A stretch of DNA of 64,000 bases from Chlorokybus atmophyticus. Its lineage: Eukaryota > Plantae > Mesostigma and Chlorokybus algae. Of this stretch, positions 50,758 through 63,392 are shown piece by piece. Made by a program: the position numbers and the translations under genes. The stretch is taken from contig RHPI01003369.1 of assembly GCA_009103225.1 (NCBI GenBank), positions 751,500 through 815,499 on the forward strand. Direction: 5' to 3'. Below the pieces are notes generated by a model. It was not told the origin of the DNA and did not search any database. It saw only the letters and a program-made list of their open reading frames with translations. How positions within the stretch are numbered: the stretch's first letter is position 1; the number at the start of each line of letters is the position of its first letter.

Positions 50758-51756
50758 TCAGCTCATCAAACCGCTGCTTGCTACCACTACTCTCGAAAAC
50801 GGGCGGCCGAAACCTGCCTGTGCAACAGTGGCACGTACATCACCCATCATCTTTGCAGTCCTGCAAACAGGCGTCGACACGTGAACAACTATACGGCAGA
50901 AAGTACAGCGAGGTGCATAGTAGGCACTGTCACATGGACAGGGTGTGCATTGCAGCATTGATCCCTGACAACCATACTTGAAGAATGGATTGTCAGTTTT
51001 GTCTTGTGCAGCCGGAAGTTGCGACAGCTTTTGCACAATGTCTTGGCCCTCCAGCACCCTGCGCATTAGATCATGAGCTCTGTACTTGTAGGGATATCAA
51101 TAACAATCACTGGCTGTGGTGAGGACTGGCGGTTGCGCATGCATCATTCTTGATGCATGCCTGCAGACCTGCCAGGCAGAAACTCTTGCTGTAACTGCAT
51201 GCACATACCTGCCGACAACCAGGTTTACAGAGTCCAGCTCCGGGCAAGGCCTAGTTGTAATGATGAAACTGCTACCATTTGGTCGCGGTGGCCCTGTGCT
51301 TTCCTGCGCAAGTGAGAACAGCTGGGTACAGAATATGGACCTCAGCAACTGCCGCTGTGTTTGAAGATAACTCACCTCCACGTTGATGAATTTGCCATCA
51401 CGTGCGATCAGCTTTGCACTGACGCCTTCACTGCAAGTGGGCGAACAACCTCATCAACCCTCAAGTACCGAAGTCATGACCTTACACACACATTCTGGTG
51501 TGCACGGCAACTAACCTGCCAAGTGGATTGTTTACAATCAAGGACACAGTCCAGGGTTTAGTGTGCAAAGGCCTGCCTGGGGCTTGCAACTCCGGCAATA
51601 ACTGGCCAGATGTTGGGCCTCCGGTGATGCCCACCTTCATAACCACATTGAAAAGGAGGTGAACTGTAAGCATGTGTAAGATGAAACACTGCATTGGTTC
51701 AGTGTCAGGTAAGCACACTGCCAAAACAAACAGTCTCTTATGTTGAGCAGCGATAA

Positions 51757-51850
<94 letters not shown>

Positions 51851-53209
51851 NCCCCCCCCCCCCCCCCCCCCCTCCCAGGCGACACGCGCGCACACACACA
51901 CTAGTGACGCATGTGTCCATATTCGGAGAACATGCTAAGCAAATCGGACTCACATCTGCGGCTGTATCCCCATATGAAAATGAGCGCACGCCAACATCTT
52001 GGATGAAGGCCTGCGACAAGCCATGTAGCACTCAAACATAAGTCGCACGGATGTATCAACCTTACACCTCTCACAGGACCCTCTCACAGGATTACAGCAT
52101 AATGTCAAAACTGGAGGTGTTTGTACAGGCACTGACATCTTCCTTACCGGGTCAACTTTGGTGAAAAGGGTCCTCCTATAGCCAACTCCTTGCTTGCCCA
52201 CCGCTGTTAGCATACATCGCAGTATGGAGGAAAGCGGTCAACCGACAGACGGTAATAAGGCTGTCACTTACACTACACATGCCTAGACTTCCATCACAAT
52301 GCGCATTAGCACCCAATTGCAGCAGAGTGCAATACCACGCAAGTGAGACTCAACTAACTGTCACGGACTGATGTGGCTTGTTGGCAAATCCGTTGCAACG
52401 GCAAATGCATCGCCGGGGGTCAACTTACCAAGGTCAACAAACCGTTGAGCTCCAATGGGAGCGGCTTGGCCGTAAACACCTACGACAATCCGGCCAGCAG
52501 GCTTGCCATCAACTGTTATAGTGAAGAAGACCTGCGAGCACAGCAACTCAGCGTCGGGTGACATGGACTCTCAACGCTGCAAAACTCTTCTAAACCGTGT
52601 TGTCATAAAGGTGACAGCATACCTTGTCTGTAACAACTGGTTCGGAAATATCTATTGAAGCGAGTGCCCTGCCTGCTTTACATTCACGTCAATGCATGTG
52701 CCATCCTTTGCGACGTTGGCGGCACAGCCAGCAGCATTGATGAATTGCTCATTCCACTGCACCTGAAGGCAGCTGAGCCAGCAAGGCTGTTGCTACCAGC
52801 GAAGTCAACGCCTCGCGCCGGGACGTCGTTTCAGCTGCTGAGCACTCACTACTGCTGGCCTCTGTGCTTCGGTTCAACGAGCTGCATGTTTGCTGACACC
52901 TTACAGGCCTGCAAACACCCATGCTCTGGTCCTCTCAAACATGGCTCGAGAAACAAGAATACAGCAGACGCAGGAAGGATGCCACAGTGTGTGCTGCTTC
53001 TGGGAAGAAAATGTAGTCGCTTTGTGGTCTCAAATGCAACGCAGCTTTGGTGCTTGCCGTCATTGCTGCATGCATTACCTGCATGCATTACGAGCGGCAG
53101 AGCAACGCCGTGTACGTAATTGCCGGACCCCATCACCAGCACGCGCAGAACTTAAGCGCAACACCTCAGACACCACGCTCACCCCCGCCGCCGCCGCCGC
53201 CGTCGCCAT
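50758..53209 (-). CDS. CYP26-2: Plastid cyclophilin-type PPIase family protein, CYP26-2-like
   Basis: Exons VFFTITVDGKPAGRIVVGVYGQAAPIGAQRFVDL | VGKQGVGYRRTLFTKVDP | AFIQDVGVRSFSYG | ...AKLIARDGKF | PNGSSFIITTRPCPELDSVNLVVGR | VLEGQDIVQKL...DNPFFK | AKMMGDVRATVAQAGFGRPFSRVVVASSGL*. The GITYRR-like and AKxxGDxRAxVAxxGFxRPxSxVVV C-terminal signatures match Arabidopsis CYP26-2 as I recall it. N-terminal targeting exons unresolved; candidate ATG at 53209. Confidence 0.88.
51758..51872. repeat. 115-nt poly-C tract (one N) in a CYP26-2 intron
   Basis: Direct read; length probably unreliable. Confidence 0.85.
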
Positions 53210-53822
53210 TGCCACGAACAACGACACCAACCTGGTTCAGCTGCTTCAGCGTCCTCAGCAAGGCACTGCTTGAGACTCAGCATGTTCACTGAACCACTGA
53301 AAACCCTCTATCGCACTATCTGTGCGTAGAGGCACAAGTAGTTGTGTGCGGTAAGCACAGGTAGTGCGTCCTTGTGCGATGCCTCCGGCTTGCTCTAGTT
53401 CCAAGGGGCGGCGGCGGAAAGCACTTACACGAGCAGATCAGCTCATCTCAGCTCAAACAAAGGGCAAGCTGTGAACACCACTGGCTCGCGTAGAAGTGCG
53501 GGAGTCGTGGATGCGATGGCGGCGGCGGCGGCGGCGGTGGTGGTGTTGGCGTGTTGTTGAGAACATGTGTGTTTACGTGATGGACGTGTAGGGTGCTTGT
53601 GGATTGGGCAGTGAGGCAGGAGTGTGCTGCTGGAGTGGTGGAGTTGGTTGGGGAGTTGCAAGCTGCTGCAGTGTTGAGGCAGTGGGAGTGAGTGCCTGGT
53701 AGTTGGTTGCGGGCGGTTTAACCACTGTGAAGCGGAGGAAGCAGCCTCCGCCGCCCGGGGGGGAGCTGGCGCAGCTCCCACCCCTTGCGGCGGCGGAGGC
53801 TGGGGCTTTGTAGGGTGCCGTC

Positions 53823-56800
53823 ATGGCCACCAATGTGAGATCTGCACGCACGCTTCACACCCCTTTGCTGCCAGACCCTCTTACGGGCAAGTTTCCTCCT
53901 GGAAATGAGCTCCGGAACGTAATCATCCTGTAAGTATGGGGTTATCTGCTGTTGGCTGCGGTGTAAGAGTGCATGATGAAAGACTGTATGCCACGGGTGC
54001 CAAACGATGTGTAAGAATATCGTTCTCTTTCATAATATTGACAAGCCAATTTTGATCAGACATCCACCAGCTGTGATTGCTGCAGCCGCAAGAACAACCG
54101 ATGCTTGTCGCAATGTTTGAGTTCTTGAGAACATGAGTGGTTGATCGCATTGAAGTCTACGCATGGACACGTGGACATGCTCTGTGCACGTTGGGATGTT
54201 ACCATGTACCTTAACTTATACCATATACCACCTGACATGACTATGACACACCAGTGACACAAGGCGCAATGTCACAGAAGTGGCGCACGCTTATGAGTAG
54301 CGATTGTAGCACTGGCATGCAGATGGGTAGCATGAACTCGAACTGCCAGGAGCTATGTCGAGCTGCCATCAATCTTTCAGGCTACAGTGCCACTCCAGAT
54401 CCCTACCCGTCGAAATACTAAGCTTTGCTGCTTGACTGACTTCGTGTTTGTCTGCATGGTCTTCGTTGCTGAGGTCTGGTCCGTAAGAATATTTGTCTAC
54501 CAAACTTACTGCCTGTCTCATTCATCAAGTGAGAATGTACAGGATGCCTTGCGTCTGGCTGCACAGCTTATATACTTGGGTGGCTGCAATCTGTGAGTCT
54601 GCGATAGTACGAGCTGCAACTGTCGTTAGAGACAATCAAGCATTGTCGTCTTTCTTGCATACGACTAATACTATGTCACGTTTGCAGATCCTTAGCGTTC
54701 TTCACGCTGTTCTGTGCGTACAATGCGTTACAGGTAGGCTGAGTTGCAAGCACACATGTCCTTCTGCTAGGCATCACAATCAACGCTGATTTTGTTTTTG
54801 TTGGCAGAATTACATTACTTCTGTGTTGCCTGGCCATCTTGGAGATGAGTCGTTGCTGGTTGTTTACTGTAGCTTGTCAGTTACCGTATTTGCTGCACCA
54901 TCATTGGTTGCAAGGCTTGGGGAGACGAGAGCCATGGTTTTAGGGGGTAAGCACTATCATTGCACTTTGGCATCTGCAAGATGGATTCGTTGTGGGCGCA
55001 TGGTTGCAACTACCAGACAAAAAGCGTGACCTCATGTTCTCGCTCAGGTGTCACCTATGTAATATACACGCTTACGCTCATGCAACCAAACAATGCGATT
55101 GTTTTGGCTGCAAGTGGTGTAGTTGGAGCTGGCGCTGCACTTCTCTGGGTGGCACAGGTCTGCAGTCACCTTGTGGGGCAGTGTTCCGCTGCAGGTTTTA
55201 TGCATCTCATCCTGGTCTTACTGGACATGTCTTGGGCAGGGCATTTATCTAACCAAGTGCTCGCCTGCGGATCGTCGCGGCGAGTATGCTGGGATGTTTT
55301 GGGGTATATTCTATTGTTGCAATATTGTTGGCAATATGGCAGCATATTTATTGCTTCAGAGGTGGGTGCCCCCTTATGTGGCTCTGCTCAACAAGAGCAG
55401 TATATACAGCTGTGTGACCACCGTACCAACAGTTGGCTTATCTCATGCTGCCAGATGATTGCGCACTTACTTGATGTCTGCATGCGCAGGTTGCCAGATA
55501 GCAATCTTTTCACAATGTTTGCTGTTTTCTCTGCGGCTGGTGTTGCGTTGTTGCTGCAGTTGACACCAGTCACCTCCTATGCAAAACCAATGCCTCGCCT
55601 ATCTTCAGCTGCCAGCCTAGCAAGTGCAAGAAGTAGATCCGCATCACAATCGAGGATACAAGTTACAACAGCCTCTCCACCCCCTGTGCGCACTGGCGGT
55701 GGTCGTGGTGACCTTTTTGTACATGTAGGTAGTGCCAACGATCTTAGCCCGTGTTCTTCCAGTGGGTCCTCCTCGTGCAGCTCATACAGTGATGATGAGC
55801 TCAGTAGCGAAGACTTCAGTAAGCACGGGCGCGACACGCTCATCCTCTATGGCTTGCTGGCGCCCATGAGTTTTCTCATTGGCTTTGAGGTGCGTCATCA
55901 TATGTGTGGCATGTCGTCTAGTGACATACACAGCACTCACCTCATATGTCAGATTATAGGTTGTTAACAATATGAGCTTGCAGGTCGCTTTTTGGACGGG
56001 AGAATTTACCAAGCTGTTGCCTGAGGATACAATTGGGCTTGTGCTTGTTTTCGCTGGCATTGGGGAAGTCCTCGGAGCAATGGGCTTGAGCTGGTTATCT
56101 GATCGCGTGGGCAAAAGGACGCCTACCTTTGTGGTTGGAAGCATTGCTTATGGCATTGGTTTATACTTTTGCAGTGTCATGTACCATGCGCGGTTGCAGG
56201 TAAAGTGCTTTGGTCACCTTTTCCCGTTGGTGCAGCTCACTTGCAAACAAGTACACAATGGCTGTGGCTCACTTGTGTACTTGTACTGATGCGCAATATT
56301 GTTGGTGCAGCATCGCACGCCCGGCGCCAAGTTGTGGGGGGCTCCAGTAGTTGCCTACCTGGCAGGTTTAGGTTTTGGTGTTGGAGACGGTGTTTTCAAC
56401 AGCCATATGTGAGTTTGCGCCCAACTTGTGCTGCTTTGTTGACTAGACTATTTCTTGTGCCTTGTCCTGCTGGCATGCTGATTGTAGCTTACCTCGCAAC
56501 AGGTACACCATGATCGGAAAGGTGTTTGATGCGGATGACATGGAAGCATGGACCTTGTACAACTTGCTGCAGGTGACACAGGCAGTGCTTAGTTTGTGCT
56601 GAGTTGACAACATCCTGCTTGCACTCGATACACGCAAGTCAAAGACACAGATAGCTGACATTTATATGTGTGCAGAATGGCGGCTGTGCAGTTGGTTACG
56701 CTTATGCTCTGCTCATGCCAATGGTAGCTGCGGCCGGCGAAAGCACATCCTTAGTTCAGGTCAGTGTCACTCATCTGTACAACCATGTTTTTTGGCACAT

Positions 56801-57209
56801 GTGCAACCCTTGGCAGCTTATGCACATGCATAGCAAGTGCTGCTGAAGCATTGCATATTGACTGAAACAACGTTGTGCTTCTCAGGTCTACACCCAGACT
56901 GTATTGCTGGTGACGGGCACAATTGCGTATGGCGTTGCAGACATAGTGTATGACTCGACGCCCGCAATGCACGAAAGCCCGTCACAACCAGATCTCGCAC
57001 AGTGCCCCGTTTCCTACGTGCCTCCTGTACATATACCAACACCCAGTGCCCGCATGCCACCACTGCCATCTTCACCCCGCCTACCTCCTAAGCCTGCACA
57101 CTCAGTACAAGTTGTGGTTGACCCTATTCGTGAACAACATCAGCGCACACCCAGGACACCTACCACACCTGACACTCCTAGCCACAGACCTATTGTATGT
57201 TGTGCATAG
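53823..57209 (+). CDS. UNC-93-like / MFSD11-type major facilitator superfamily membrane protein
   Basis: MATNVRS...TPLLP...ELRNVIIL | SLAFFTLFCAYNALQ | NYITSVLPGHLGDESLLVVY...FAAPSLVARLGETRAMVLG | ...ASGVVGAGAALLWVAQ | GIYLTKCS...GEYAGMFWGIF...GN | ...GLVLVFAGIGEVLG...LSDRVG | ...FGVGDGVFNS. G(A/F)GAALLWxAQGxYLT and GxFWGIF are UNC-93 hallmarks. Last exon end is tentative. Confidence 0.88.
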
Positions 57210-57596
57210 ATCAGTTGTTGTCATTAGAGTTTTGCTTAGACAGGTTCAGCGATTTGTCGATGTGCGTGCTACCAGAATCTATGTGGCAAGCGATGTACAT
57301 CAGTAGTCGTGGTAATTATTGCAGGTGGTTACAAATGCTGGGTCCACATGAGACTTTGCAGCTGCAAAGCTGCCTAGTCACGAAATAGAACAACAGAAAA
57401 TTGCAAATCCATTGAACTGTAAGATTGGTCAATAAAGCGCTGCACAGAGCTGACAATGTCAACATGTCTTTGGACCACGTTCACTGTGTCATTTCATATC
57501 TCTAGAGGGAAAGCAAGAAGTGGCTCAAAAATGCACTTCGATGCCCTATGTGTGCTGCTATCGCTGCTGCACCTTTATGCAAAGCTCCTCACTCAA

Positions 57597-59081
57597 TTAG
57601 TCTATATCTAAAAAGTCCATTCGTTTTCCCATTGATCCTTTCAGTTCGGTAGCCTCTTTCTCAGCTTTTTGAGCCTGTTAACAACATATCAGTCAGTGCA
57701 GAATGCACCATACTATAAACAGTTACAAGGTTACAAGACACTACAGGAATACAAACGCCTTGCATAGCACAGCTTTCGTGCGATGTGCTGTGGTTGGTCG
57801 ACTTGAAACCTCTATGCATGTCAATTCACACCCAACTGCAAAGGCAGTGATTTCCCGACAAGCACGACTGCAAGGAGTCAAGCCCAATGCTATTGGTGGA
57901 AAACTTGCATGCATGGGAAGCCTCAAAGCTGTTGTGCACGTCTGCAGACAACGAACTATGTGACTGATAGGCATGCAAGCCCACCCACTCACCTGTCTTA
58001 TCGCCTCCAAAGTAACGGCCCGAATATGGGGCGGCGGCAACTCCCGTAGCGGGTCCTGCGCAGATTATAGTGATTCAAACAGTACGTGGTGCATGCACAC
58101 GCTTCTGCATGCAGACGACTTCAATGGTTGTGACTGAGTTCACACGCACACATCCAGCATGATAGTGAGACTGCATGCTCTCAAACATGGATGCGCAGCA
58201 ACACTGCAACAACATGCATGGTCATGGCACTTACTATTTGCCCTAAAAGAACAACGTTCTCCCCCCGGATCACGTGCAGTCCTATAGGATCGTCGCAGTA
58301 CTGGTCTCCAACAATAATCCGCTCAAATGCATCCGTAAGCACAACATTTGCTGCGGTTGTAAACAACACAATCAGCATGAACCTTGCAGTCAAGTCACAC
58401 TTATGGCACAGTACAAAAGAGTTCAAAAGCAACCACCTACCAAACTGATCGAATGACCGCAAGATCCCAATCAGTTTTCTTCCGTCTCGAAGCAACACAA
58501 GAAGCTTCTCTGTAAAAATACAACAAGTCTTTTTAACAGCAGCTTATTGCAGACACGTTTGTATGCAATCCCAGGCAGTAGTAAGCAGCGTGCACGTTGC
58601 CGTGTGCCACTTGCATCATGTTTGCTAAACAACACGAGCTTTGGACCAACCAACACAGATCATGCTTAAGCTCGAGGTTACGACAAACAGAGGGAAACAG
58701 TTGCCAGACTCAACAGCATGCTATCCTGGACTGGATCCTGTATTCAGGTTCAGTACGCCTCACGCCAGCATGTGCGATTCACCTTGGCTGAAGCCCTTTC
58801 TTTTCTGTTACTAATGCTTTTACTATAGGCGGCAGAGAAATACCGAACAAACTTCAGCAAGACGCTTCTGCCTCTGTGTGCGTGCGTGTGTGTGAGTGTG
58901 TCTGTGCGGGCGTGTGACACAAACCACTAGACGTACTGTCAAGGTCCTCAGCAAGGCTGGTGGTGCCGGCGTACGTCACAGCAGGAGGAGGAGGAGGAGG
59001 GGGAGGGGGAGGAGGGGGAGCGTGGCTATGGTGGTGATGATGGTGAAGCGGGCCGCCAGCAGGCCCGCCAGGCCAAGACAT
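57597..59081 (-). CDS. LSM1: Sm-like protein LSM1 (mRNA decapping activator complex subunit)
   Basis: Exons 59081-58937 (MSWPGG...HHHHHH...PPPP...[12 protein letters not shown]), 58509-58441 ([23 protein letters not shown]), 58350-58235 ([39 protein letters not shown]), 58055-57995, and last exon [25 protein letters not shown]. Canonical Sm1/Sm2 motifs and the LSM1-type C-terminus. Confidence 0.95.
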
Positions 59082-59338
59082 CTGCCGCCTCCGCCTCCGG
59101 CTTCGCCGCCGCCAGCGCCAGCGCCTCAATCTCACACCTCTCTAACCCACTAGCCCCACCACCCATGCAGAGCTCCAAGCCACACCCTTCGCCTCCCGCC
59201 TCACTACTAACCACACCACACCAACCCCATCAACCATAAGGCTGATGACAAGGACAAAGACAGGGACAAGGACAAGGATATGTCCGACTGTGTGGACGCA
59301 ACGACCGGCACCGGTCGGCGAGGTTGTTAGGGAAGAAC

Positions 59339-59370
59339 ATGAAGAAATTGCCGCTGCTTTGGCTTCCACT

Positions 59371-59401
<31 letters not shown>

Positions 59402-61646
59402 GGTGGTGGCGGCGAGGTGGTCGAGGGTGTGGGGATGGCTGGGGCTGGGAAAGCTTGTCATGGGTGCGGGGAGGTGGGCCACCTCCGTAGGGCTTGTCCT
59501 TACGACGGCGCCCCTGGGCTGACGGGCGTTGACGGCCTGGTCGGCACGTTCGTCGGCGGAGGCGGGGCTGGAGCTGGAGGCGGCAGGAGCTACTACGACA
59601 ACTCACTCAAGCAATGCCGTAATTGCAACACCATGGGTAGGCTTGGCCAGGTCGAATGTGGGTGATGGAGCAGTCAGTTACAGCTGCAAGGTTGGCGCAG
59701 CAGAAGCAGTGCTGTCGCTGGCAGTTTGTTCTTCCGCATTATCCCTGCTGTTGCCCAAGACTTGGCATTTGCTTCATCCTTTCTTGCATTAGCTAGTGGC
59801 TGCTCATTTTTGCACGCTGTCAGCCTGGCCCTCATGAATGCTATTGTTATGGTTGGAACGCTTGTGCAACCCAACCAGCAGCTGCGGGTAGCTGTCTTTG
59901 TTGTTGCTTAGGCTCTTGGTGCTGCTTCTGGTGACAATGCCAGCTAGCAACGACGCTCAAAAGCATAGTGAAGCTCGCACCAAGCTTGGCTGCAACTGCG
60001 AGTATGCTTTATGAGGCAATCTGCACATGGATAACCGTTTCTGCATGCAAACTGGACACGCCAGACTTGTGACGTGCGACACGTGTGTGTTCAGTCTGCT
60101 GTGCAGCTTGTGACGAGTGCAGATTAAAGCAAAGCCAGAGGTAGTTTATTGTTGACTGAGTTCTGCTTGCCTGTTGTGCAGCATTACGTGAGTAGCGCAG
60201 TCATCGCTACTTCTAGCCAACCCGTCGCTTTTTATTGCTGTTTTCTACTCAGTTCAGAACATCTATGTCCCAGTTGCCAGTGGCGCACGTCGATGTTTGG
60301 GATGTTACTACGGACGTAGTGTTGCGGCTGTTTATGTTGTTTGCTGCTGTTCTTGGCCTCAACGCACCAACGCGGCTTGAAGTGGTCAATGCTGAGATAC
60401 AAAATTGTTGTCACGGTGACAAGACTATTATATTGTGTTCAGCTTTTCAACCTGTTGGCAGGCCATATTGCCAAGGACTGTCCATATGAGCAGACGTGCC
60501 ACAACTGCCGCAAGCCGGGTCACATTCGCACCGAGTGCACCGAGCCGGTATGATTTCACAAAGAGGCTTCCATCCGCAAGCAGAAGAGCAGTACTCACAT
60601 CTTGAAACAATGACTAGCAGGCTTCCTGCCGTAACTGCGGTACATCTGGTCACATTGCTGCGCACTGTCCGTATGACCCGGCATGCCAAAACTGCCATGG
60701 CACTGACCATCTGCGCGCTGAGGTGCGCAGCTTTTACACATGCAATCACACCTGGTCTTCAGCGTTAGCAGTCTGTTGCAAGTGGTGTTGAGTGTGGTGG
60801 TCGCTTGTGCAGTGCCCGCAAACGCAAGCGATCCGGAGGTTGCGGGCGTCAGATGCAACATGCCATCATTGCGGTCAGGTGCGTTATGCCACTGCATCTT
60901 GCTGTCGTTGATTGTATCTGTCAGTGCTGCATGTGCGCAGTTGAGCTGTTTGCCACGCTGAGTTTGAGATTCTGCTTGACAGGAAGGGCACTTCAGACGA
61001 GAGTGTCCTGAAGCCCCACTGCCAGATGGCGACCTGCATGCCCAAGCGTGCCATGCCTGCGGTAAGCATTATCACTGTGTGTCAGTGCACAATGTCTATA
61101 GCACTATCACAAGCTAAGCAGTGCTCTTCGGTCTTCAATCTGGCCAACGGACTGTCCTGTTGTTCAGGCCAACCTGGTCACTTCAGGCGCGATTGCCCCA
61201 TGAACAGTCAAGGCCTGCATGAAAGTCGCTCTTGCCATCTATGCGGCCTTGTCGGCCACCTCCAGAGGGACTGCCCTACTGGTCAGAGCATATACGGTAA
61301 AGTGGACGACCGCACCTGCCATGCCTGTGGGCAGGTTGGGCACTTGAAGCGCGACTGCGCGCTTGCCGACCGCTCCAAGGTATTATCGTTGCTGTTGCTT
61401 GTGTCTTGCCACCATGCTCCACTACCATTGTCTGCTTTTTTTGTGTACTGTTGGTGCAGTGATGGCGATTAGCTCTGCAATGCCAATGCGTAGTGTATTG
61501 ATGTGTGTACGCAAGTTGCAAGATATCCAGCAGCCGTCAAAGTTGGCTTCAACGCCAGGCTGAAGGGTGCTTGTTTGCAGACTTGCCATGCTTGCGGGGA
61601 GATGGGACATCTCAAGCGCGAGTGTCCACAGATAGTGGCCATGTAG
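59339..61646 (+). CDS. Gly-rich multi-CCHC zinc-knuckle nucleic-acid-binding protein (CNBP/Gis2-like), 10 knuckles
   Basis: Ten C-x2-C-x4-H-x4-C motifs across 7 exons (CHGCGEVGHLRRAC, CRNCNTMGHIAKDC, CHNCRKPGHIRTEC, CRNCGTSGHIAAHC, CQNCHGTDHLRAEC, CHHCGQEGHFRREC, CHACGQPGHFRRDC, CHLCGLVGHLQRDC, CHACGQVGHLKRDC, CHACGEMGHLKREC). Stop at 61644-61646. Start codon uncertain (59339 or 59435). Confidence 0.88.
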
Positions 61647-62047
61647 AGTGAGCTCACAATACTACTGGCAGATCTGAGTGATAGCGTGCTTTAAGACTGG
61701 ATGATGGTGCCTCGGGAGCTTCCATACACATAATGAGTTAGTGTAGCTAATGATTTCTACAGCTGCGGAGCCTGCTTTGGGCTCTGTGTATCATAAGATC
61801 TTCACCAGGACATGTGTGATGTGCAGTTCAACTTTCCAGCTACGCTGCAGTATAGCTGTTCTGCGAGTGCTGCCATAGTGGTGCAGAGGGGTGTGTCAAC
61901 TGCAGCAAAGGTTGTGACCAGTATGGAGTGCATGGTTGTTGGTGTTTGTGCCTCTGTGCTGTGCAAGAGGACAGACCCGGCAGGTCTGTCTTCTTGTGTG
62001 ATGTCAGGGGCAAAAGGGCCACCAGATGATACGACTGCGTCTCCATA

Positions 62048-62780
62048 CTAGCGATGATTCACATCATCAGTACTGTAGAGTGCAGGCATAGTTTCATCAC
62101 TCTCTATGCTCCAAGCAGGCATGCAACACACTATCATAACAGATGTGGGCGGCATACAGCTGTTGTCATGCGGTGCGAGGCGTGAGATGCACGTCACCTG
62201 GTGGTACTTACTACTTGCTGGCAGAAACATGCGGCACGCTGCGTGCGCAGGTCCGCCAGCCACGGAGGCGGACGCGGCGCTGGCAACAGCCATGGAGTCG
62301 GCGGTGGACAGGGGCGTCTGGGATGGCAGGGCGTGAGCGAGGGTTGGCATTGTGGTGTGCGCCCGTATGCGATCTGTGACATGTGTGAGAGCAGGACGCG
62401 TTGAGTTCGCACCCATGCATATGTCCAGTATCCTTGGTGGAAGCGCTTTCAACAAATCCTGTACCTGTGCGCATGGTGCATGGTGGCGGCTGGAGACAAA
62501 CGCTGCGGCAGCCGGAGGGCTTTGTGCAACTGTGACAGCAGCGTGTTGCCTGCAACAGGTGCAAGCGCTGGCTGTCAGGGAGTGATGAGCGGTGACGGTG
62601 CCAGGCTGGGTGTCCATCGCGCCGGGCCCCCCAAGCGCTGAGCCCAGCGCCGGGCGCTGCGCTAGCAGCGACGTGAGTGCCAGGAGCAATGCCATGCACA
62701 CGCAGAGGAGCTGGTGGAGTCAGGGCAAGCGATGGCGAGGATGAGGACAGCGGCGACGGCACTGGCTGTGAGGTGTGCAT
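62048..62780 (-). CDS. Possible hypothetical coding exons (unresolved)
   Basis: Overlapping 217-aa and 189-aa GC-rich ORFs with splice-like signals; no recognisable domain. Confidence 0.25.
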
Positions 62781-63392
62781 GTGTGTGTTGTGCTATCAAC
62801 AATCTGTGCGTGGTTAGTGGGGTAAGAGCGTGATGAGCGTGATAAGTGGTGTACTGGCCTGTTACAAGCAACGGGTGCTGTGCGGGAACGGGTCCTGGTC
62901 TGTGTGCAGATGTATGCATCACTGTGAGCAACCTAGCACAAGAAATGGGCGTACACATCAGCCCCATTTGTATAACAGGTAACAACACGCTAGCTGAAGA
63001 ACCTATTCAGAATAGTACGGTGTTGGGTTCACTGTTCACCACGGGATGCAACCTGGTTTATGACATTATACTCCTCTGTAAAGTGTGCTTTGCGCAAAGG
63101 CCAGCACTGCTTGCCGGCAGCTTCACCGAGGCAGGATTTATGGGGACCCAGGTAGTCGCCTGAATTGTGATGTCTGTAAGCAGGATGGCTTGCAAGGGAT
63201 GGTTTAAATGAAAGCAAGTGGAGTAACGCGGAGAAGCTGATGCAAATATGTACACAAGCCAGATCGAGCACTTTATCTGCAACCAGAGCCACGTGGCAAA
63301 AGTGAGTTGCGTTGGCAGTAAGTAAGTAACAGCACCGACATGACGCTCAGCTAGCATGACCTGCATACCTGGCGCAGTCAAGTCGGGGGCAG

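Noticed and set aside
51758-51872. 115-nt poly-C tract giving poly-Gly ORFs and G-quadruplex potential
   Set aside because: Intronic, contains an N, and resembles the G-flanked gap at 30929; most likely a homopolymer or gap-filling artefact.
54440-54590. Alternative UNC-93 first exon (ENVQDALRLAAQLIYLG)
   Set aside because: The 53823-53929 exon gives the better family match (ELRNVIIL|SLAFF) with correct phase.
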